This document shows positions 55,586-62,630 of a stretch of DNA of 64,000 nucleotides, piece by piece. The notes under the pieces were generated by a model. The model saw nothing but the letters and a program-made list of their open reading frames with translations. It was not told where the DNA came from and made no database searches. Each line of letters opens with the position of its first letter. The stretch's first letter is position 1. The stretch covers positions 747 to 64,746 of the forward strand of contig JAZLCA010000072.1 in the NCBI GenBank assembly GCA_045613985.1. The letters are read 5' to 3'. Source of the DNA: Eubacteriales bacterium (GTDB lineage: Bacteria; Bacillota; Clostridia; Oscillospirales; CAG-272). The position numbers were made by a program, and so were the translations under genes.

Positions 55586-56440
55586 TTATGCCTCGGTCGT
55601 TTCCTCTGATGTCTCTTGAGTGGTTTCTTCGGGTGTTTCTTGCTTCGTTTCTTCGGGAGTCTCCTCTGCGGGAGCGGCCTGGGCTTGCTGTGCGGCTTTG
55701 AGGGCGGCCAGCTCTGCCATAAGCGCTGCGACGTCAACGTCTGCAGCAGGAGCGGGAGCAGCTGCGGCTGCTGCCTTCTCTTCCTCGGCCTTGGCTGCCT
55801 TAAGGGCTTCCAGCTCTTCCATCAGGTTCTGCATATCGTTACCCTTGCTCTTCTCGTACATTCTACGGCGCAAAATGTCATAGCCGACAAACAGCACGAT
55901 GGGAACGACAACGCAGACGATCAAGCCCGCCGTCGACTGCATGAACAGCGCGACGTGACCGGCACCGGGAATGCGGACGTCGATATACTTACCGACCAGC
56001 TTATCCATAGGAACCAGGACTCTATCTTCCGTATTGTTGTTAATACCTTTGGTGCGGAAGTACTTTTGTCCGTCCTCTTCCACGATCTCGATAACACGGT
56101 GCGTTACGATACTCGTACCGTTGCCTGCGGGGTCGAAGAAGGAGATATCGTCGCCAACGACGATCGTTTCGGGGTCGGTCTGCTGGCAGATGATGATATC
56201 GCCGCTCATAATTTCGGGCGCCATGGAGTCCGTCAGAACGATCAGAGGCATCACGCCGCCGATGCTGGGAACGTCATCTTTATTGATAAAGCTCTTGACG
56301 ATCAACGTGCAGTTGACTATCAAAATGGGAACCAGGATCACACACAACACAATGCCAATGACCGTCAGCGTCTTATGCAGTTTGGTGGCTGGTTCTTTGG
56401 ATGTGTCGGAATTGTTTTGGTTCATGATTTTTTCACTCAT
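55586..56440 (-). CDS. sipW: ER/archaeal-type signal peptidase I (SipW-like) with a ~95-aa Ala/Glu-rich C-terminal tail
   Basis: 284 aa from ATG 56440 (AAGGAG 7 nt upstream). TM1, LTDSMAPEIMSGDIIICQ (Ser), IVTHRVIEIVEEDG (His), TM2. The tail contains LMEELEALKAAKA / LMAELAALKAAQQ and an ETPEET(K/T)QET repeat. Confidence 0.8.
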   Translation of the reverse strand: MSEKIMNQNNSDTSKEPATKLHKTLTVIGIVLCVILVPILIVNCTLIVKSFINKDDVPSIGGVMPLIVLTDSMAPEIMSGDIIICQQTDPETIVVGDDISFFDPAGNGTSIVTHRVIEIVEEDGQKYFRTKGINNNTEDRVLVPMDKLVGKYIDVRIPGAGHVALFMQSTAGLIVCVVVPIVLFVGYDILRRRMYEKSKGNDMQNLMEELEALKAAKAEEEKAAAAAAPAPAADVDVAALMAELAALKAAQQAQAAPAEETPEETKQETPEETTQETSEETTEA

Positions 56441-56489
56441 GATTTTTCTCCTTGGCAATTTTAGAGGTGCTATCCGTCAGCACGGAAAT

Positions 56490-57083
56490 CTACTTGGTCC
56501 AGTCCAGATACGGCTGGAGCGCACGGTACAGCAAATCGAAAACTTTTTGCTCAAATTCAGGCGTATTTTCAATTTCCTTGCGGAGTATTTTGATCGACAT
56601 GGCAAGTATGATGTCCAAAATGTAGGTGAGCATTCGCCATACGTCTACTCCTCCCTTGAACACTCTGGAAAACCGCTCGACTACGGGGTCGTACAGGATT
56701 CTATGCTCCTGCATGGAATACTTGGTGAAATAGGGCGAGTAATAGAATTGCATATAGTACATACATCTATCCGCACCATCCAACAAGAAATGCCACACCG
56801 TATAAAACAGCTCGAAGCATCTCTCATCAATACCGCGGCTCTCGTCGCGCATGCCGTCAAGATTGCTCGCAATCAAGTATAACAATTCCCTATCCAACAT
56901 GGAAAATGTTTTTACTAACAGGTCTTCTTTGTTTTCAAACAGGCGGTAAATATATGCTTCGTTGACGTTAGCCCTTGTTGCCAATTCCTTTGTAGTCGCT
57001 TTGTCAAGACCGTAATTGGCGGTCACATACACCGCAGCGTTCTGCAACGTTAAACGCAGCTCATTCTTTTTTTGCTCTGTCAT
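56490..57083 (-). CDS. TetR/AcrR-family transcriptional regulator
   Basis: 197 aa. N-terminal HTH ..YGLDKATTKELATRANVNEAYIYRLFENKEDLL. It is the first gene of the co-oriented locus. Confidence 0.85.
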   Translation of the reverse strand: MTEQKKNELRLTLQNAAVYVTANYGLDKATTKELATRANVNEAYIYRLFENKEDLLVKTFSMLDRELLYLIASNLDGMRDESRGIDERCFELFYTVWHFLLDGADRCMYYMQFYYSPYFTKYSMQEHRILYDPVVERFSRVFKGGVDVWRMLTYILDIILAMSIKILRKEIENTPEFEQKVFDLLYRALQPYLDWTK

Positions 57084-57097
57084 AATCTCTTTCCTGC

Positions 57098-57117
57098 TTT
57101 GAAGTAAACACTACAGT
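57098..57117. promoter_or_regulatory. Imperfect copy of the palindromic operator in the TetR promoter/5'UTR
   Basis: TTTGAAGT-AAAC-ACTACAGT, 15-35 nt upstream of the TetR ATG (57083). A further degenerate copy AAGTAAACACT lies at 57132-57142. Confidence 0.5.
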
Positions 57118-57280
57118 CAAAACTTAAAATCAAGTAAACACTTTCGTGCTTACCTACCGTATTTCAGGCTGTAAAGCCAAGACTATGGCTATTTGATTGG
57201 GCTCTGAACGGGACAACAAAAGGACGTATTCGGTGAATACACACCCTATTTATATCACTTTTCCTTTGTTTTGTCAATAG

Positions 57281-57377
57281 TTTTTGCGCTTTTTAATGGA
57301 ATTTCAGGGATTTTCATTTGTTTTTCTTCATATTTTTCGATTTTTCTTTGCTTTTTGCCCTTTTTTTGGCATTTTTT
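57281..57377. other. Helically phased T-tract array (predicted intrinsically bent DNA)
   Basis: T-runs start at 57281, 57290, 57302, 57311, 57321, 57333, 57341, 57352, 57361 and 57372, with mean spacing 10.1 bp. The array ends about 31 bp upstream of the -35 at 57408. Confidence 0.6.
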
Positions 57378-57407
57378 GCAACTCGGCAAGCTGCATCTCC
57401 CATTTCC

Positions 57408-57436
57408 TTGACAAAACTTCCCCGTTGTGCTATCAT
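57408..57436 (+). promoter_or_regulatory. sigma-A promoter for the serine-hydrolase gene
   Basis: TTGACA (57408-57413), 17 nt, TATCAT (57431-57436). Confidence 0.55.
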
Positions 57437-57458
57437 AAGGTAGAAAGAAGGTGACACG

Positions 57459-58493
57459 ATGGATTTTGAAGCATGGCGCACACTTTTGCGCGAGAGTATT
57501 TCCCTTGGCACATCCCCCTGCCACGCAGCCGCAGTCGGATGCGGTGACCAGGTTTGGTTTGCCGACGTTTTCGGCAACCGCACCGAGCATCCCGAGTCTA
57601 TCCCCTTGGCGCGCGGCGATCTGTTTGATCTGGCCTCCATGACCAAGATGATGGCGACCGCTCCCGTGGCACTTCGGCTGTATGAGGAGGGACGCCTCGA
57701 CCTCGATGCCCCCTTATCCGCCTTTTTCGACACCCCCGCCGACAAGCAAGATATCCGTGTACGACAGTTAATGGCCCACGTGTCGGGGCTCCCCGCTCAT
57801 CTGCCTCTTTGGCGCATGGGGATCGAACCGAGCAGCGTAGCGGATGCCATTCTCCGCTCGCCCCTGGCCGCCCCCACGGGATCGCAGGTGATATACAGCT
57901 GTATGGGCTTTATTCTGCTCGGCAAAATCGTAGAGCAGATCGGCGGCGCACCGCTCGACGCTCTCGCTAAACAATATGTATTTCATCCGCTGGGTATGAC
58001 GCGTGCAACGTTTTGTCCCTCGCCCGCCACCATTTGCGTGACGACCGAAAAAAAAGAGGGGCGGACCGACTACATCACGGGCGAGGTCCACGACGAAAAC
58101 GCCCGCTTTATGGGAGGCATATCGGGCAACGCAGGGTTGTTTGCTCCTTTGGACGACGTCATCAGATACGCCTCGATGCTCTCAAAGCGAGGGGAGGGCT
58201 TGCTAAGGCGCGAAACCTTCGATCTTGCCGTACATGACGCGACGGGAATTTCGAGCGACCCGCGCGGGCTGGGCTTTCAGTTATTTGGCGGCGGCACCTA
58301 CCCGGGCGGATCGCGTATGTCGCTTGGTAGCTACGGACATACGGGCTACACGGGAACGTCGCTGTACGTCGACAACGATACGGGCGTGTGGGTGGTGCTG
58401 TTGACCAACCGCGTCCACTACGGCCGCGACCGCAATATTTTCTTTGTAAGACGGCGGCTGTTTCACGATACGATATTTGAAATGCTTAGATAA
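57459..58493 (+). CDS. Beta-lactamase-related serine hydrolase (class C / PBP4*-like esterase family)
   Basis: 344 aa. S-x-x-K motif LASMTKMMAT, YSCMGF (Tyr motif region), GHTGYTGTS (H/K-T-G box). No signal peptide. Confidence 0.8.
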   Translation: MDFEAWRTLLRESISLGTSPCHAAAVGCGDQVWFADVFGNRTEHPESIPLARGDLFDLASMTKMMATAPVALRLYEEGRLDLDAPLSAFFDTPADKQDIRVRQLMAHVSGLPAHLPLWRMGIEPSSVADAILRSPLAAPTGSQVIYSCMGFILLGKIVEQIGGAPLDALAKQYVFHPLGMTRATFCPSPATICVTTEKKEGRTDYITGEVHDENARFMGGISGNAGLFAPLDDVIRYASMLSKRGEGLLRRETFDLAVHDATGISSDPRGLGFQLFGGGTYPGGSRMSLGSYGHTGYTGTSLYVDNDTGVWVVLLTNRVHYGRDRNIFFVRRRLFHDTIFEMLR

Positions 58494-58531
58494 AAAAATC
58501 CCAAGAGGTTTTACGGCCTCTTGGGATTTTT
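58492..58531. terminator. Bidirectional terminator between the hydrolase gene and surE
   Basis: ATCCCAAGAGG (58498-58508) / CCTCTTGGGAT (58517-58527), flanked by A7 and T5 runs. Confidence 0.8.
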
Positions 58532-58532
58532 C

Positions 58533-59261
58533 TTATTCATTCAAGTTTTTCAGTTTATCATACGCATCCCGATCCACTCGCTGAATCGTCAGCGGCGTGA
58601 TGGAGATATAGCCATTCATAACGGCATCGCAGTCAAGGTCAAAATTCTTGGTATCTTTGAAAACCATCATGCCCTGCTGGCGCACCATATTCTCGCCTGT
58701 GGTAACGAACTCGTCCGAATAGTAGGCGCCGCCCTGGCGGGTGATGCGGATACTTTCGGTATAGTGGGCGGGAATATTAACGTTGTACAGATTGTGGCAT
58801 TCGAGCAGCTTATGCTCTTCGAAATAGGCCCAGATCTCGTCAAGATGAGGAACGGCACGCTCTAGCGAGGTAAACTCGGTCGACAGCGCAATGGCCGAAG
58901 GCACGCCGAAGCAGTTGGCCTCAAAAATAGCGGCAACGGTGCCCGAGTAGACGATATCCCGTCCGACGTTGACGCCGCGGTTGATGCCCGACAGCACCAA
59001 ATCAAACTGTTCGCCAAGGCCAACCAGGGCGTAGCGGACGCAATCGGCGGGGGTGGAATCCACAGAATAGGCTCTCACGCCCTCCATCAGCTCCACCGGC
59101 TTAGCCTCAAACTCGCCGATGATGTTGATGCCGTGGCTTTTTCCGCTCTGCTCGATTTTGGGGGCAACAACGGTCACCTCACCCAGCTTCTTGGCCCATT
59201 TGGCAAGTTCAAAAATACCGGGAGCGAAAATGCCGTCATCGTTTGTGATCAATATTTTCAT
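58533..59261 (-). CDS. surE: 5'/3'-nucleotidase SurE
   Basis: MKILITNDDGIFAPGI...VVAPKIEQSG, SGINRGVNVG, YSGTVAAI. Confidence 0.9.
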   Translation of the reverse strand: MKILITNDDGIFAPGIFELAKWAKKLGEVTVVAPKIEQSGKSHGINIIGEFEAKPVELMEGVRAYSVDSTPADCVRYALVGLGEQFDLVLSGINRGVNVGRDIVYSGTVAAIFEANCFGVPSAIALSTEFTSLERAVPHLDEIWAYFEEHKLLECHNLYNVNIPAHYTESIRITRQGGAYYSDEFVTTGENMVRQQGMMVFKDTKNFDLDCDAVMNGYISITPLTIQRVDRDAYDKLKNLNE

Positions 59262-60238
59262 AACCAGCCCTCGTTATTCGCTTTGAATTCTCCCAGCAGT
59301 GTGTCGGCATCCTTGACCAGCGACTTGAATTCTTTTTTATTGTGAACGGTCGCGCCACTTGCACAAGCGTGACCGCCGCCGCTGTACTTCTCTGCCAGCT
59401 CATTGATCGTGACAAAACGGGAGCGCAGACGGACGCGAACGGTTCCGTCATCGTTTTCGATAAAGGCCATCCAAATCAGACAATCCTTGATGGACTCCAT
59501 ATAAGATACGGAGGCACTTGCCTGTTCGCTCGTCAGATTGAACTTCTTTTGCATCGCCTTGTCAACGTACAGATAGACCACACCGTTGGGCGTCATTTTC
59601 ATTTTTTTGAAGACGTGCGCCTGGAACTTCAGCGTGTGATATTCCTTCATATACAGATGAGCGTACAGTGTATCGGTGTCGATGCCCTGATCCAGCAGCA
59701 TGGCTGCCGCGCGCAAGGTGTCCCCCGTGACGCTGCGGAAGCGGAAACGGCCCGAGTCGGTCACCATGCCGGCATAAATGCAGGTTGCCGCTTCACCATT
59801 GATCTTAAGCTCATCCGCAAAGGCCGCGTAAAAATCGGCAATCATCTCACAGGCCGAGGATTTTTCCTCCTCTACCCAGGAAATATCTCCGTAGGGGTTA
59901 CGATCGATGTGGTGATCGATCTTAACAAGCTCACGGCACAGTTCGCACTTGGGATTGGAGATGCGTTCTACCGTCGCCGTATCAATGACGATACCCAGTG
60001 CATCGGCGTAAAATTCGTCGGGACGCGCAGTGTCCTCTTCGCCCAGAAAACGGGTGTAGTCGGAGTAGTCGTTGTTGATGATATAAACCTCTTTTTCCGG
60101 ATAGGTCAGTCGCAAAATCTCAGCCAAGCCCTTGGTGGACCCAACTGCGTCGCCGTCGGGACGCTTGTGGCGGAAAATAATGATCTTTTGATATTGCTTG
60201 ATCTTATCAAGAATCGCTTGCATTTGCTCTTTATTCAT
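59258..60238 (-). CDS. nrnA: DHH/DHHA1 phosphoesterase (NrnA-like oligoribonuclease/pAp phosphatase), copy 1
   Basis: IIFRHKRPDGDAVGS, VIDTA, DHH (KIDHHID), GGGHACASG. ATGA overlaps at both ends (59258-59261 and 60235-60238). Confidence 0.8.
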   Translation of the reverse strand: MNKEQMQAILDKIKQYQKIIIFRHKRPDGDAVGSTKGLAEILRLTYPEKEVYIINNDYSDYTRFLGEEDTARPDEFYADALGIVIDTATVERISNPKCELCRELVKIDHHIDRNPYGDISWVEEEKSSACEMIADFYAAFADELKINGEAATCIYAGMVTDSGRFRFRSVTGDTLRAAAMLLDQGIDTDTLYAHLYMKEYHTLKFQAHVFKKMKMTPNGVVYLYVDKAMQKKFNLTSEQASASVSYMESIKDCLIWMAFIENDDGTVRVRLRSRFVTINELAEKYSGGGHACASGATVHNKKEFKSLVKDADTLLGEFKANNEGWL

Positions 60239-61176
60239 GCTTCTTCCTCCGTGAGCTGCAACAGATCCTGCAGCATATTCATGGCAGTTTCGCGGTCCTT
60301 GACCGTCGCACCGCTGGCCTTGGCGTGACCGCCGCCGCCGTATTTCTTGGCAATGGGATTGATGTTGTATTTATTGGAACGCAATTCGCACAAAACGCTC
60401 TCGTCGGTCTCGGTGAAATTCACCCAAATATCCACGCCTCGGATCTCGCCCATAACATTGACCATACCGCGGGACAGCGTAAAATGGTCCACGCCGTAAT
60501 TTTCAGCTTCTTCTTTGGTAGTGTAAATATAAGCCACGGGCTTATCGGTCAATTGAATCTTAAGTACAAATCTTGCCCGCAGTTGGATAAAGGAAAAATC
60601 GTCCGCGTACAGATTGCGATAGATATCGGCCGTTGAAAATTCGCGTTCCATCAGAAATGCGGCTAGGCGGAAAGTCTGGGCACTGGTCGAATCGTAGCGA
60701 AAACGTCCCGAGTCGGTGATCATACCGGTATACAGCGATTTGGCAGCCAAGGGAGAAACCGTCAGATTTCCCTCCATCGCCAGAGCGGTTACCAATCCGC
60801 AGCAGCTCTCGTAAGACGAATTTGTCACTTCGGTCTGCGCGATCTCTTCACAAAACAAGTGATGATCTATACGGGCGGTCGCTTCGGCCAGCGTGTAGCG
60901 ATCGTCGCTGATCAAGGCCTTGGCGGAGGTATCCAAAATTATGGCCAAGGCGCCCTTGTACACCTCATCCCCGATCTCGTCCATGCCGGAATCCTCCATA
61001 AAGCCGTATCGACGGGAGGCATCACCTACGACGTATACCGTCTTTTCGGGGAAAGAATCCTTGATGATATGCTTCAGGCCGATCTGGCTTCCCAGCGCGT
61101 CGCCGTCGGGGTTGGTATGGCGGTGAATGATGATCGTACTATATTTTTTGATCAATTGAATAATCGGTTCAAACAT
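60235..61176 (-). CDS. nrnA: DHH/DHHA1 phosphoesterase (NrnA-like), copy 2
   Basis: IIHRHTNPDGDALGS, ILDTS, RIDHHL, GGGHAKASG. Start set at ATG 61176 (GGAGAA 4 nt upstream), between the dGTPase-like stop and this gene. Confidence 0.8.
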   Translation of the reverse strand: MFEPIIQLIKKYSTIIIHRHTNPDGDALGSQIGLKHIIKDSFPEKTVYVVGDASRRYGFMEDSGMDEIGDEVYKGALAIILDTSAKALISDDRYTLAEATARIDHHLFCEEIAQTEVTNSSYESCCGLVTALAMEGNLTVSPLAAKSLYTGMITDSGRFRYDSTSAQTFRLAAFLMEREFSTADIYRNLYADDFSFIQLRARFVLKIQLTDKPVAYIYTTKEEAENYGVDHFTLSRGMVNVMGEIRGVDIWVNFTETDESVLCELRSNKYNINPIAKKYGGGGHAKASGATVKDRETAMNMLQDLLQLTEEEA

Positions 61177-61190
61177 ATTTTTCTCCGTTC

Positions 61191-62402
61191 TCAAATAATG
61201 CACTCATCAAAATAGCCTCTGTATTCTACCTTCAAAGGACTATTGGGGAACAAATGATGATGAAGCTCGATAAAGTAATTATCCGTCATACTGGCAATAT
61301 AGTCAACAACCAGCTGGTTGGGTTCCGTCTGCTCGTACGGAATGGCACGCTTGTAATGCACCGTATTGACGTAATCGATGTGGTGAGTGTAGATGGGCGA
61401 GTAGATGTTGTTGTTTTTCAAATCATCCAACAGCTGACCGTAGACCTCTGCCATCATGGGCTTGACCGTTTGATCCAGCTTGGAAAATGCAACCGTGTTG
61501 TTGTAGATCAAGGCATAGTTGTCCTTTTTGGAGCGTTGGAGTGCCTTGAAATGCTTGCCATCGAGCTTGATATACGGCTTGCCGTAGCTATTCTCAATGA
61601 TATTGACCACAAGGTTGTTGATCAATTCAGCGTTGATGGAGCCGATATCCTCGTTGACAAACATACTTTCCTCAACCAGCTTGGTACGCTGGGCATCCTG
61701 TCTGTCTTTGCCAAGATATGCAATAATATCGGCAAGGCGCACAACGCCAGCCTCCAACGTGGAGGGCATCAGCGCGCGAGCATACACGGGATCGTTGTAG
61801 CAACGCTCCACCATGCGATCAAATTCGGCAAAGCTGTACAGGGGCTCAGGATGAATCTCCTCCAATTCAATCTCACCGTTGTGAGTGAGTATACCATTGA
61901 GCGTTTGCAAGCTGATATTATAGGGATAAATGCCGTCCAGCACACGGACCGAATGGACGTTGTGGGCAAAGCGGCGGCCGGTGTGGGCGCGATACAGCTC
62001 GTCCAGATAATCCTCACCCGTATGTCCAAAGGGCGTGTGGCCGAGGTCGTGTCCCAGAGCGATCGCTTCGATCAGATCGAGATTCAGATGCAGCGCCGCA
62101 CCGATGGTGCGCGAAATGCGGGAAACCAATTGAACGTGCAGGCTTCGGCGAGTGATATCGTCATTCTTACACAGAGAAAACACCTGTGTTTTGTCGGTGT
62201 AGCGATTATAGAAAGGGCAATGCATGATTTTGTCGATATCGTGTACAAAGGTCGGACGCCAAACGCTTGCCGTGTCCTTTGACAGATTCTGACGGCGAAT
62301 GACCTTGCTGTCATCGAAAGCAACTCTTTCATATATTCCCGTTTGCTTTGCTTGCTGTATTTTTTCCGTTGTTTCTTTTGATAAAACTTCGTATTTAGGC
62401 AT
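61191..62402 (-). CDS. HD-domain dNTP triphosphohydrolase-like protein (Dgt family)
   Basis: RSLHVQLVSRISRTIG...DLIEAIALGHDLGHTPFGHTGED. ATG 62402 lies 8 nt after GGAG. Confidence 0.8.
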   Translation of the reverse strand: MPKYEVLSKETTEKIQQAKQTGIYERVAFDDSKVIRRQNLSKDTASVWRPTFVHDIDKIMHCPFYNRYTDKTQVFSLCKNDDITRRSLHVQLVSRISRTIGAALHLNLDLIEAIALGHDLGHTPFGHTGEDYLDELYRAHTGRRFAHNVHSVRVLDGIYPYNISLQTLNGILTHNGEIELEEIHPEPLYSFAEFDRMVERCYNDPVYARALMPSTLEAGVVRLADIIAYLGKDRQDAQRTKLVEESMFVNEDIGSINAELINNLVVNIIENSYGKPYIKLDGKHFKALQRSKKDNYALIYNNTVAFSKLDQTVKPMMAEVYGQLLDDLKNNNIYSPIYTHHIDYVNTVHYKRAIPYEQTEPNQLVVDYIASMTDNYFIELHHHLFPNSPLKVEYRGYFDECII

Positions 62403-62495
62403 GGATATTTCTCCTTTCCTCATTTGTTATGTGTCAATGGTATGTGCCAAGGCAGCAACCATATAAAATTTTGTTATCTTTCTTCGTAACATATC

Positions 62496-62524
62496 ATTAT
62501 ATCACACATTTTTCGTTTTTGCAA
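62496..62524 (-). promoter_or_regulatory. Consensus sigma-A promoter for the dGTPase-like/nrnA/nrnA/surE operon
   Basis: Minus strand reads TTGCAA (62524-62519), 17 nt, TATAAT (62501-62496). Confidence 0.6.
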
Positions 62525-62630
62525 ATGTTTTTCAAAAAAATATCTCTTTTTTTCAAAAAAAGAGCCCATGCCCTGTTTGTCCTTACGGACGTGCAGTGCA
62601 TGGGAATTTGCCGCCGATGCGGTTTTGGGA

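Noticed and set aside
57255-57745. Lys-rich minus-strand ORFs (111 aa and 143 aa) in the TetR/hydrolase intergenic region
   Set aside because: The Lys-rich stretches are produced by translating the phased T-tract array (poly-A codons on the minus strand). The 5' parts of both ORFs run antisense into the hydrolase gene. There is no RBS, and the sequence is low-complexity.
57459-58493. Beta-lactamase as an antibiotic-resistance determinant
   Set aside because: The protein has SxxK and HTG boxes but no signal peptide, so it would be cytoplasmic. This broad family is mostly esterases and peptidases, so resistance cannot be inferred.
61191-62402. dGTPase-like gene as an anti-phage dNTP-depletion defence system
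   Set aside because: It is the first gene of a translationally coupled housekeeping-looking nucleotide operon with NrnA and SurE. There are no neighbouring defence genes or mobile-element signatures. The idea remains untestable from sequence.
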